In this document: one piece after another, positions 1-15,317 of the stretch
How the letters are laid out: the number at the start of each line of letters is the position of its first letter
Position numbering within the stretch: position 1 is the stretch's first letter
NCBI GenBank assembly: GCA_012295275.1
Contig: CM022672.1
Coordinates: forward strand, 8,246,001-8,310,000
Length of the DNA: 64,000 bases
Reading direction: 5' to 3'
From: Chrysomallon squamiferum
Lineage: Eukaryota; Animalia; Mollusca
Translations under genes and position numbers: made by a program
The notes under the pieces: generated by a model
What the model saw: the letters and a program-made list of their open reading frames with translations, nothing else
Databases searched by the model: none
Told to the model about the DNA's origin: nothing

Positions 1-1798
<1,798 letters not shown>

Positions 1799-2978
1799 TG
1801 GGTGGTGGTTATACACAGCGACTTGAAATAAAATAACAAAACTGCAGAGTAGAAATAAACACCACAGACTGAGTAACAACTCAAAGACTTTTACTTGACT
1901 TGTCTGTTGTTTACCATGATCTCGCAGTGTTAAGCTTTATCTATCTACCTGGCTATCTACCTATCTATCTACCTATCTATCTACCAAGCTATTTATATAC
2001 TTATTGTTGATGTTTTTATTTATTTATTTATTTGTTTATTTATTTATCACGTAAATATATTTTAATCAAAATGTTCTGATTCATGAAGAGAGAAGAAGGA
2101 AATCAAAGATGATTAATTATACAAAACTGTGTTTCGGAGAAAGAAAAAGGATTTAACGGACTGATGATGAAATATTTGTTATATAACTGTTATTTTTTTT
2201 CATTTCTTTTTTCCACAGTTTTAATGATTTTTGTTGCCTTTTGTTGTGACTGGCTTGACACGGTACAGACGTTCACACATGCAAGCCTGCTTCATTTCAG
2301 TCATTTTCATCATGTAAGGTCTTCAAACGGTCGTCTTGGGCCTAACTCGGGTTAATTTCATAAAGCGTTCACACCTGACTCTAATGTTAAGCAGTAAAAT
2401 TGTCTGAAGTGTAGTCGTGAACTGAGCAGTGATTTCTGTTCTTTATTCATCGCTTCACGTGCATTACTACAGACTGTACAGCTAAAAAACATACACGTTT
2501 TCATTCCTGTTTAATTCCTTCGTTGCATGTTTTAATTTTAGGTTCCACTGAAAATACCGTAAAAGGTATTTAGTCATTAATTTTTGATCTTCTCTATTTC
2601 CTCACTTCAGAAATTGTGCAGCCATAAATATCAACACAGCATCTTGTACTCAGCTGTTACACACAACACTTCAAAACGTCACTAAACTACATTAACACTT
2701 TCATTTCACGGTTAGAAAAATGCTTATGGAAATGGTCAGCATCACGGACGTCTGTCGCAGGCGATGGAGACGTCGGCCACGTCGTAACGTTAGTAAAATA
2801 TGGTGGCGTTGTCTACTGGTTGAGTGCTACAAAAACAGTGTTTGATGTTCTTTGCTTGTGGGGCTGATACTTCTAAACACAGTTATTCTAGCGTGTTATC
2901 TTTGTCATTTCGCATTTTCATTCCAGTATTAACACTGCTACTGAAATACAGTAGTACTAATAGTTGTTAGTTTATTAC

Positions 2979-2999
2979 AGTAGTAGTAGTAGTAATAGC

Positions 3000-3078
<79 letters not shown>

Positions 3079-3190
3079 AAGTAGTAATAGTGGTATTAGT
3101 GGGAATTGTAATAGTAACTGTAATAGTAACTGTAATAGTAGCAGTAGGAATAGTAGTCGTAGTCATAGAAGTAGTATGAATAGTAGTAGT
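2979..3190. repeat. (AGT)n microsatellite and degenerate tail, probably within the IR25a 3' UTR
   Basis: Direct reading of the sequence. Confidence 0.9.
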
Positions 3191-4288
3191 GATGGAAGTA
3201 AAATTTGGTCAGTTGTATGACATCGTCTCACTGTTAAAGTTGTAATGCGTTCCTTAAATGTCTTCCCAGTGCTATTTATATTTAATTAGCAAATTGATAT
3301 TCTGAAGTTAGTTTATGTTTTCGTTTCTCAACATATACATTTATTCAGAGATAGTTTGATATTTGGACATGTGCTTACGGCGTTCTAAATACAAATGCAG
3401 TTGATGTAAGTACAATGCATGAAGTAATTTCGGACTGGAGTGTCTGTATAATCTTTGTTACTTTTCTTCATTGAAATTGTTTTATGAACACCAATTGTTT
3501 AAATGTTGGATTTTCGTTTTTCTGACAGTTTCTGTTCGTGTAATTTTATATCAACTGCTGTCGATTAACCAAAGCAGATTTTATAAACTGAATAAGAAAT
3601 TTTACAATTAAATATTGCAACGGTTTTTGTTTAAAGAAAAACATGTAATTATTATTATTTGTTGTTTGTTTCTTTTGTTCATTTGTTTGTTTTTGCTTCT
3701 TCTCTTTTTTTTAAATCTCTTTTTTTAGTTATCTGATTTATTTAGTTATCTTTACTGTTAGAACAGATTCCCAACATGTTATTAAAATGTTTATATTATG
3801 ATAAATGTTTTCTTATTTGTATGTTTAAAAAAAAAAAATTAAAAATAAAAGTAATTTTGCCTATTAATATCCGAATAATAATAATAATAATAACACCAAT
3901 AATTAAAAAATAAACATTACAAGAAGAACATACAGCTAAAGACACGTGAAACCTTCATACAACACTTTAATAAGCACCATATTATTATATAAATACAAAG
4001 AAAATACCTAAGCAATTACATAACCGTACATGTGTACTATAATAGTAATAATTAACTTTACGACAGTTTCAGGCAATTTTCATTGTTTGCTTGTCAACAA
4101 AATAACTATATATATATATATATATATATACTATTTAAAATCAAAACAAATAATTATGTGCTAAAATACCGAATCTTCAGTTTCCTAAGCTGATATTTGA
4201 GTTGCACGCATATAATTAATTATGCGCATGTCATCGTAAATTCAGAGGTTTATATTCTGTTTTATCCCTCTGTAATTCTGTACGAATA

Positions 4289-5555
4289 TTAACGAACTCT
4301 GCTGAACTTTTCCATTGCGTTTCTGATTCGATTAACATGAACAACAAAGCGAGGCACGTCTAAGATAACAATGACAGTGATAACTGATATGAGAATGATG
4401 AGTCCAACACCTCCCAGAGTCGTAGAAGACAGACGACAGTCGCGAGCAGACGTCATCATCCTCCGTGTGGACGACAGCTTCTTCCTGTCTACAGACAACC
4501 TAGACACGATGCTGTTGATGAGATACGACGTTGCTGTTGCAACCGACGTAGTTTCTTTACAGCGACAGCTGCAGACTGTCTCGCTGGTGTGGTTACTAAT
4601 TAGATGATGACCTGATGACGTCACTGGTGAAGTTGACGTTGGGGTTATTTTGTTGATGTCTGTCGTTACAGTAGACGTTGCTGTTACGATATGGGAAGAA
4701 ACTAAAGACGGATTCAGAACATAAGAAGATGAGGATTTGTCCAAAACTGTTGATTCTTCTGATTCAGAAGCAGTGTATGATGCTGATTCAGTTGATGACG
4801 TCAGTGATGATTCAGAAATGAAACGATTTGAATTTTGTGATGACTGCTCTAAAACTGTAGTATGATCTGCAGCTACACTGGCATCTTCCAGTACAAACTG
4901 TGTTACACTTGACGATTTTGCAAGATAATTATAATCAGTAACTGAAAACCCAGAAGAGGATTCTGTCAGATACGCTGTCGGATTTATTGTCAGGTCCTCA
5001 CGAGATGCTGACAGTTTCAGTGATCGACTTACTGTCAGGGATTGTGAAGGAGACAAAGTGGGATTCTCTGTCAGGTAGTGAGACTGGTACACTGGCGATG
5101 GGAGCGGTGATACAAGCTCAGTGGTGTAGTCAGAGCTGACGGGTGACGAGAGTTCAGCACTGGTTCTGTGTGAGAAGTATTTCTCTGGTAAAGAGTGAAC
5201 ATCGCAGACGACGTCTGGATACGACTCGTCGACATCGTCAACAACTGTCCCGTACACGTGCAGTTCGGGATCTGCAGAAACAAATAATAATAATAATAAT
5301 AATGAAAATAATAGCAACAACAATAACTATAATAATAACAACAACAGTAAGAAGTAAAAGAAGAAGAAGAAACCAGAGAATGAATATTAAATATACATGT
5401 ATCTAACAACATCTCATCTCATTAGATATCACTGGTTATTAAGTGTCAAAGGTAGGTTTTAAGTTGGTTTTTATCATTGTTGTTAGATATTTATATTGTC
5501 TGCTTGTTTGTTTGTCTGTTTCTAGTTTTGTTAGTTTCTTCTCTTTTTGTTGTTG

Positions 5556-5599
<44 letters not shown>

Positions 5600-5799
5600 A
5601 ATGCAGTGATGCTTTACTTTGGGATATTTATGAATTACCTGGAGAAAGCTAAGAAACAATCAATAATTATAATCTAGACAATAAAATTGGCTAATCTGAA
5701 ATCTTTTTTAAAATGGTATATTTACATCTATTGTTTACTTCGAAATACGTAATATTGATACATGTATATTCGTAAATTTACATGTATTTTCTGAACTAA

Positions 5800-5831
<32 letters not shown>

Positions 5832-6486
5832 ATCAGTAGTAGTAGTAATAGTAGTAATAGCAGTTGGTAGCAGTGGTAGTACTAGTTGTAATAACAGAAG
5901 AAGAAGAAGGAAAAGAAGAAGAAGAAGAAATAACAGTAAAAGTATCGTCTTTGTGTAAAACGAAATATGTTTACATGGCTGCACTGGTAACTTTTTTCGA
6001 TACACAAATGTGTATGAAGAGCTGGAAAGGGCCATAACTTCGCCGACCACAGAATACGTTTTCACTTTACAGTAAGATGCGTAGTAACTGAACGCTGCAC
6101 AGTTGATGTTGTTGCTGCACGTCTGCTGACACTGTGTCGACGACATCTGGTACGCTGGAGCCTGGATGTCTCTATGATAATGTTTTATATACCAGTGATC
6201 TCCAGCTGAAACAGTGACACACAATATGACATTTATTAAACATGTCAAAACATGACATTAATCAAATATGTTAAAATATGAAATTTATCCAAACATGTTA
6301 AAATATGACATTTATCCAAACTTGTGACATTAATCAAAAATGTTAAAATAAAATATTTATTTAACGTTGTTAAAATACGACATTATGTATATGTCTGTAT
6401 CTTTATATGATTGTTTTTATTTGTTTGGGTTTTTGTTGTTGTTTCTGATGTATATGGCATGTCTATGAGTATATGTGCGTATATTG

Positions 6487-6541
<55 letters not shown>

Positions 6542-7362
6542 GTATCTGTACGTGCATATGTATTTACGCGTATTGCGATATAGTGTCTTGTTTTTCACTA
6601 AAATGTGTATTTACCATCATCACTTCTCTTGAAGTACGTGGTAGCTCCACTTGAGGGAAGACTGATGATGATATAGAAATATCTTCTGAAGTAAAACTTA
6701 CACTCAGATGCAGCTGAGTATTTCGTATATTCAATAAACGCACACTCGTAATTTTCATTGTAAATTGTCGAACAGTGGTCCAAGCACGTTTGTACGTCGC
6801 TATTAGTCCAAGTCAAGTTAGAAACCTCCACGTCAACAGTGCCCTGATCTTGGAAGTATTGTTCTTCAGCTGAAACAATGTGAACACGTTTATTAAACCG
6901 TATTTCTAGAAGACTACTTACTCTAGAGAACTGGTGTAGCAGAAAACAGGTTTATAATTAAGCTCATTAATATTTAACATGTAAATCGGTGATGAAAGTT
7001 AAACAATTATTTAATAAGTCCTATAAAGCTGTTTTTGAATAAAGTTAAGCAGTTTAGGAAAAGGTTTTATTGCTGATCAAATTATCTAAACAAGACTCAG
7101 TTGCGTTCCTACACGCTCCTTACAGCACTGATCTACTAATCCACTAAATGTGAAAGCGAAGACCTGTTACTTCTAGTCTCTTTCTTTTGTATTCAGTTCT
7201 TGTTTCTTAAATTGTATTTATTTATTTTATTACTTTATTATTATTATTATTATTATTATTAGTTGTTGTTGTTGTTTTTGTTGTTTTTGTTTGTTTGTAG
7301 TCTTGTTTCTTTTTTTTCTTTTTTTATTTTTTTATATACATAAATCTTCAGTTATTTCATAT

Positions 7363-7405
<43 letters not shown>

Positions 7406-7867
7406 CTCTAGCATATTTCTTGCTACTATTCAATCGGCAGTTCAAGAGAGAAACAAATGCTTATTAAAAACATCAGACAAACCTTTCTGATTGTTGCATA
7501 TAACGAAATATTCGTGCTCACAAGAATCACCAGCTGCCTCCCGTGTCATAACACCACAGTAGTTATTACACAGGTGACAGAGTTGTCTCCACTTCATCCA
7601 GTCTCCTTCGTTAAACGCTACACAGTCGTCCCAAAAATATCGTCCTGTCACAGACTTGTGTAGTCCAAGCCAGACACCGTGTTTACTGAATGAACAAAAA
7701 CATCAGAAGCAGCAGCAACATCAACAACAACAACAACAATAACAATAATTATAATAATTGTAATCGTAATAGCAATAAGAAGAAGAACAATGATAATAAC
7801 AATACTACAACTATTACTTCTAATAATAATAACAACACTAACAATAATATTAACAACAGTAGTAGAT

Positions 7868-7901
<34 letters not shown>

Positions 7902-8434
7902 CAGTAGTAGCAGTAATAGAAATAATAATTATGTAAAGATTCAGTTTATTGAAACACATGTAGACTTGTTTAACAAATATGACAAAAAGAAAAAAGGATA
8001 AGGTAAAAATAAATTGCATATATTTTTATTAAACATTGATTTACATATAAGAATGAAAATATATTATTACTTACGTGTATTTATGAAGTGTGTACTTACA
8101 ACTGATCGGGAAATAACGTCAGCAAACTGTTCAGCTCGGCTTCGCTTTCTATTCTCAACATGGTTTGTCCAATGTCGTTACACGACTGGCGTGCTTCGTT
8201 CCAAGTCTCTTTGTTTTCTAGTAACGTGTAACCCCATTTATACACAAGCGATGTTTTCCCGTAATCTAAAGGTTAAACACAACAACAGTCACACAAATGA
8301 TTATTATCATCGTCATAGAAATAAAAACAATAAATAAGTAAATAAATAAATAAATAAATCGTCATAGTAAAAAGCAATAACTGCAATATTAATAATAATT
8401 ATTATTATTATGGTCATGATAATAATAATAATAA

Positions 8435-8465
<31 letters not shown>

Positions 8466-8661
8466 ATATTCGTTGTATTATTATTAGCAGTAGTAATAGT
8501 TTTTGCTGTTGTTGTTGTTGTTAACCCCCTCTCCAATTTCCATTACTGAAAATATTTAATTATTATAATTTTCAAGCATATATAATATACATATAATAAA
8601 TAACATACTCACTAAATACGGTAATCAGCAGGAAAGTATGTAATATTATCTGATAATTCAT
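4289..8661 (-). CDS. Type I membrane protein: signal peptide, C-type lectin domain, two PAN/apple-like domains, Ser/Thr-rich stalk, TM helix, short tail
   Basis: Exons 8661-8613 (MNYQIILHTFLLITVF), 8265-8100 (ETWNEARQSCNDIGQTMLRIESEAELNSL), 7685-7483 (VWLGLHKSVTGRYFWDDC...CEHEYFVIC), 6869-6615 (TCLDHCST...CAFIEY...CKFY), 6205-5975 (QCQQTCSNNINCAAFSY...CKVK), 5271-4289 (S/T-rich, CSCRC, LSVDRKKLSSTRRMMTSARDCRLSS, TM GGVGLIILISVITVIVILD). All introns are GT-AG with compatible phases. Confidence 0.85.
6225..6350. repeat. Degenerate ~25-bp minisatellite (ATGACATTTATYCAAACATGTTAAAAT-like)
   Basis: About five imperfect tandem units in an intron. Confidence 0.7.
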
Positions 8662-8814
8662 CTGAAAAGAAGAGATATTCTACAAATATATTTAAATTGT
8701 GCAAGGGTGCATGCAAGCTTTCAATAGCATGGAACACATTGTTATAGATATAAATTTCAAGATCAAAAAAAAAAAAAAAAAAAATTGCTTCTAGATCGTC
8801 GGGCCCTGCAAATG

Positions 8815-9035
8815 ACAAAATTCAAATAACATTTAATAACAAAAATCAAACAGTATTTAAATAACAAAATTCAAATAGCATTTTTACAACAAAATTCAAA
8901 TAGCATTTTTACAACAAAATTCAAATCACATTTTTATACAAAAATTCAAATAGCATTTAATAACAAAAATCAAACAGTATTTAAATAACAAAATTCAAAT
9001 CACATTTTTAATTACAAAAATGACATTTTAATAAC
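8815..9035. repeat. ~22-23-bp minisatellite (ACAAAATTCAAATAGCATTTTTA-like)
   Basis: About nine or ten imperfect tandem units. Confidence 0.85.
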
Positions 9036-9108
9036 AGAGATCATTGTTATTTTGTTAGTGAATATTATACCGAAACTTTATATCTATCTATCTCTATCTA
9101 TCTATCTA

Positions 9109-9157
<49 letters not shown>

Positions 9158-9392
9158 TTCTATCGATCTGTTAGTCTATTTATCTGCCTATCTATCTATC
9201 TATGTATCTCTCTATCCATATATCTGTTTATCTATGTTTATGGATCCATCAGTCTGTCAGTTAACATACATATAATTATATAATTAAAAAAAAATAAAAA
9301 AAATAAAAAAAAAAATAAAAAAAAAATAAATAAAAATTAAAAGTGAGTCTGGGAACTTGCCTGTGAACAGGTATGAAAATTCAACCACTCAC

Positions 9393-9456
9393 CTTTTTTT
9401 GTTTCTGGTAATAAATCTTCGTTGTTTCAGCTGCACACTTTCGCGGTTGTTTTATA
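9393..9456 (-). promoter_or_regulatory. Putative TATA box and short non-coding first exon of the lectin/PAN gene
   Basis: The minus strand reads TATAAAA (9456-9450), then about 57 nt to a strong donor AAG|GTGAGT at 9393/9392. The next exon (8661) begins directly after TCTTTTCAG with ATG. Confidence 0.55.
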
Positions 9457-9814
9457 GTGTTTGAAATATCGTTAATTATTCATACATGTGCTTCCATGCA
9501 GTGTTTGTCTGCCGTGCGTCCGCAGAAGAACAAATATTTTTACTACTTTGTTCGTGACACGTAACGAAGACGATTTCTTTAATTAAAAATATTTGTGTGC
9601 GTTGCAAAAGAAATCGAATATTAACCATGTATTATCTGTTGTTTATTTACCTATCTGTAGGTAACACTTGCCTATAATAATTACAAGGTTTTAGCTGATT
9701 TTTGCCAGGTCTTTTTAATTTGATTCTTTATGAATTAAGGTGGGGAAAAGATTATTTTAATATGGATTTAAAATAATAATAATTGTAGATAGTTAAAAAA
9801 GAACAATTATGAAG

Positions 9815-9907
<93 letters not shown>

Positions 9908-11159
9908 AGGTATTAGAAAAACAGAGAAAGAGGCAGGTAGTTAGGCAGAGCGAAATAGACAAATAGATAGATAAAAAGACAGACTGACATATAGCAGATA
10001 AATAGATAGATAGATAGAAAGACAGATAGATACAGAGAAATATATATATATTAACAAATATAAGCTTCTATTTTTATTTACATGTGATTTTTTTACATTA
10101 AGATGTTTGATATTTCGTACAGTAATATTATTTATGTGTTGTGGGGGGTGTTGTGTTGTTGTTTTTAAAATTATATTCTTTGATATCTCCGCATGATACA
10201 CTGTCTCAGAAACAGCAAAACCTTCTGACCTTCGTACCCTCATCATCATCAGCTGTCATTAAAATGTGTTGCTAAAAACTGCTCTTATCAACGAAACGCC
10301 GCAGTTCGGATATCGTTTGTCCTTCAGATAACAGCACAAATCATTATACATTTAAATCACCAGCAAACCCAAGTCCATGCCTTAAGATAACAGCTGAATT
10401 AGTATTTTCATTGTAGATTTTACAGCCACGTCGTGGACAATAGCTTTGTCTCCGAGACACCCCCGCTCCTTCAAAGAGTATTGTTCTGGTCCTGGATTGC
10501 CCGTTGATTACCACGGAGGGAAGTTAAACTGAGAATTCGCTGGCGCAGAACAGGTGGGGTTTTGTGTTACACTGAGACAATGGGCGAGATGATGTGAGGG
10601 GGGTCTGCCGAACAATGCTCAGTGGAAGACGAATAAAACGCCCGCGAGACAAGCTTGTGACAGCTACAGGTGCATGACGATCAAACTGGGTTTCTGCCAA
10701 ATGTTTAATAACTGAACGAGCCAGTGTATCTAGCTACCAGACCACTGCAGTCTTCAGCTCCGTTAAACTAATGCGAGTGTTGTATGATTATCATAGTGGC
10801 TTGTACTAGGTAGTCGGCTGTACTTCGATTTTTGACTGCGTTAAAATACTGGGATAATATCGCTATCTGTTCACGTCTGTGTGATATTAGTCAGTACTGA
10901 CTGTAGCTGGGTGAGTTTTACTGAAAGTAACAGTTCGTTTAACGCTATCCAGACTGTAGAGTGTATTATACATTAACTGTTTTAATCATTCAGGTTAGTG
11001 GAAGTTTCGTACATGCGGGAAGCTGTCAATAAAAATCACCACGTTATCACGTCTTGGCTAAATATAACGTCATCATTTCTGCCTCAATTCGCAGACGTAA
11101 CGTCATCACTTTTTTTGGTTAATTAATTAACTGTTTCGTTGTTATTAAGATTTCAACCA

Positions 11160-11277
11160 CAGCTACATCGGCGGCAGGAAGTATGAGACGAAAACGAGGG
11201 TCAGTGATGTAGAAGCAGAAAAACAATTAGAAAATAGTATGGATTTTGGCTAACTCGGAAAAGAAGAGAAAATTCAG
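11160..11277 (+). other. Putative non-coding first exon of the uncharacterised gene
   Basis: Purine-rich exon-like stretch ending CAG|GTATTT, followed by T-rich intron-like sequence and preceded by two TAACGTCATCA motifs. The link to the 17125 acceptor is inferred. Confidence 0.4.
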
Positions 11278-12170
11278 GTATTTTATGTGTTTCATTTGTA
11301 GTTTGATAAATTATAAACAAATAATAAGTTTTTAGATTTACACTTTTATAATTTCTCCTTTTAAGTGAGCACACTATCACTACACAAACTAGTTTTCTTT
11401 AATTCTTTTTCATTTTTATTTCTTCCTTTCTTTTTCGTTTTTATTTCTTCCTTTCTTTTCTGCATTTCAGGGAGGTGAAAGTTCTTATTTCTTTATCATT
11501 TTAGTTTTGTATATATATTAGAATACGTATGCTCAGTATAATAACATATTTTCACAATGGAAAATATTTTGAGCTAAATTGTATAATTTTAAATAAATAT
11601 GTGCATTATAAACTCATATTTTCTTATGTATATTTGTTGGGAGTTCTGAGGTTAGCTTTTCTTCTTTTTTTTTTATTTATTTTTGTTGTTACTTCATTAT
11701 TTTTAGTCAGTTGTTTTCTAACTTTTTTTTTCCTTCTGAAACAAGCAATATAAATGGTTTATTTTTATTTTTTATTCTTGATTTATAATTTATTCTTTGT
11801 TTTTATTCTTCTTATTTATTTATTAGATATCATTTTATATTTGTTTCTTTTACTGTTACATGCTGTACGTGTAGTTTTTCACATACTTAGTATTATTTTA
11901 TCAAATATGGACTGACTGAATAACGCGAACTGAGAACTTTTCTCACTACAAACAAAGCTTACACAAATATTACGAACTAAATTAAATTCCACGCCGCAGA
12001 TACATTTCAATAAGCTACCTTCAAGCAACAAATAATGTGCAAATTTCCGTTCTAATTTTTGTAATATATAAACACTAGTAAAGTCATTGATTAAATTTTG
12101 GTTTTCCTCTTCACATACATATACACACATATTCATGCATGCATATTTACATATACACACAATCACACAC

Positions 12171-12207
<37 letters not shown>

Positions 12208-12855
12208 AACACATATATAACACATATATATATACACACCTATCGAACCCTATATTCTGATAGTAATGATGATGTTATGTTATTATTACTGGCAGTACAT
12301 CGGACATACGTCATACACAAACACATCATATATACATATATATGCATACACTACAAATATCGATTCTTTCATTCCTGAAAATACAAGTGTGAATAAAAAA
12401 TAAGATTATTTTTATCGTTCCACAACATAATAATATAACGTGATTGAAGAAGAAAAAAAAAATTAAAATAAAATAAAGAAAAAATAGAATGAAAGGAAGA
12501 AAAGCCTTGGCGTTCTTAAGTAGATTGTGATTGTTACAATAGACTGGTATTGGTTTCTTTAATCCGCACTTTGTTGCTTGCAATTTCATCGTTATAATCA
12601 GAGTGAGACCCAGTCTAATCTTAATCACGAGTCGGTAATGCTATTCTCTGTATACGCCGATTTGCCAGAGATGTTAGATATTGTTAAATAAACACAGTAC
12701 GTGCAATGTTCTGTATAGTTACACGGTTATTGTGTTACAAACAACACAAGTAGCTTGACAGTCACGAAAGTCTATGGAAATTAATAAATAACTGTGAGTT
12801 GTCAGTGTTTCATTTTCCGTTTTTTTATTCTTTGACATTCGTTAATATAGCATTT

Positions 12856-12949
<94 letters not shown>

Positions 12950-13887
12950 GATTTAAATCTTTTGAAATCATAGAAAGTCAAATATTTTAAAAATATTTTG
13001 TATCATTTATCATAGTTATATTAAATAAATCCTTAAGTTATTACTATTATTATTATTATTTTAATACTTCTGTCTTCGATTATTATTATTATTATTATTA
13101 TTATGTTGTTGTTGTTGTTTTTTCGTTGGTTTTTCCATTTTCGATTCAGTTTTAATTTCAACATCTTTTTTCTCTTTAAGTTTTGTTTATTTATTATATT
13201 CATTTTTTTTTTTTTTTTCTATATATATAAAAAAAAAAAAGAAATTCAGGCGATTTTCGATTTGTCATTGCTTGGTTACTACCTTATATATTTTTGTTTC
13301 ACTTTAATATACACGACCTACTCAAACTGTTTCTTAGTGCGAACACTTGAATTTCTTTACAAACCGACATGTCCACGACATGTTTCAAATGCACTCAGTT
13401 GAGAAAAGAGTTAATTTATTTTGTATCAAACGGCAAACTTGTCGGTACGGTGAACAGACCTTCGCGAGAATTCAATTGAACGCCGTGGCTTATTGTTTCT
13501 TAAGACACACGAGTTAGAAGAATAAAAACAACAAAAAAACACTGCCACAAAAGTATCTGTTAGTTTAAAACTTAAAAACGTTTTAAATACGAGGTAACAT
13601 TAAATTATATCTGAAGAAGTAACCGCTTGGTTAGTTACACTGGTAATCCACTCCACAATGGCTTTTATTGTGTTGCCAATGTCAGACATTTCAACCAGCT
13701 ATTGGTCTGTTTATCCGGTGGACGGATTGTTTTTGCGGTTGTTTCTGTTTATTTAATGGTTCAGCGGCCCTTTTCAAAAAAGCCACGAGTCAATGCAAAG
13801 CCTTATTAAAAGATTTGTTAATTTTACGTCGTGCTAAAAGGTTTAATTATTAATGTAATGACAAAATACTTTGATCATTTAATGCCC

Positions 13888-14088
13888 ATGATTTTGTTTG
13901 TCAGAATAATACCTGTATTTCTATTTGTCAGAATAATAATTGTATTTCTGGTTGTCAGAATAATAACTGTATTTCTGTTTGTAAGAATTATGGCCATATT
14001 TTTGTTTATCAGAATAATAACCATATTGCTGTTTGTCAGAATAATAACAATATTTTTGTTTGTCTGAATTATGGCCATATTTTTGTTG
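13888..14088. repeat. 27-bp minisatellite (TTTGTCAGAATAATAACTGTATTTCTG-like), about 7 copies
   Basis: Regular 27-nt period, which explains the repetitive ORFs at 13831-14067 and 13875-14078. Confidence 0.9.
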
Positions 14089-15168
14089 ACGCTTTAATCT
14101 GATATTTCCTGCATTGCCTCGTCTTACTTCAGCTTGCCTGGTTGATTTGTCTTTTATACAATATTTATATTTTATTTTACACTTTTACCATGGTTAACTT
14201 ATTTTTCCATCTATGACTTCTCTTAAAATGTTGCTTTATTTCCAATCGCTTTACAACTGGTATATTTTCTTGCTTCAACTTCTTTTAAATTCATATGAGT
14301 TGTCTTCAATAGCTCTCTGTATTTCACTGTGTAGCTGGGAGGCAATATTTAGGGCTTATGTCCATGACATTTATCCTTCATCCGTCAGTTTTTATAACAT
14401 CTGATATTACATTTACCTGCAAAAGTTATGGTATGTTTATATAAAATCCTATAGATATAAATACTTTTTTCAAATAAAATATGAAACAATTAATTAAGCA
14501 TGAGCAAAATGTAAGTGACCCTTTATGTACTATATACTCTGTGTGTTGCATTTAGCATTCTCTATGTCTTAAATAAAAAGCTCGAGACTAGGTTATCCAC
14601 GTCAAACGCGCTTGAACCACCATTAGTTGTATTGATGCATCTATCGTGTTATGCATGTTTGTAAAACTCAGAACACATTACAGGTAGCGGCTGGTTAGTT
14701 ACACCTGTCAGGTAATACCTGTCTTTGATAAGACGAACAAAACCTGACTACACACGATTTACCTGATACACACTGTCAGTTGTGAAATACCTGCCACTTT
14801 GACATGTATTACAAAAAGTTAGATTAACCATGTCAGAATCATTTTAAATCTGTGTTAAATCAAGATCAGATGAACTTCTTTGTATTTATAACAGGGATTT
14901 TTTATACTCGCAATAAACTATTATGTTACTTATATTTGCATGTTTATAACATGAACCAATTAAAAGACAAAATTGTTCTGTTAATATTTAAATCTGTGAC
15001 TTAAACGTGTGTTAAATATCGAGAGAATTTCACAGTTTATGTTTAGCTTTAGGTTTTGGAATATCTTAGTTGTACGTCTCAGTTCTCTCCTCTTCTTTTA
15101 TGTGTGTTTTTATTTATCTATTTATTTTTATATTATTAATATATATATTTTGTTCCTGAACAGTATGT

Positions 15169-15317
<149 letters not shown>

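Noticed and set aside
8697-8812. Possible transposon fragment ending GGGCCCTG
   Set aside because: Only one putative end, with no partner TIR or TSD visible.
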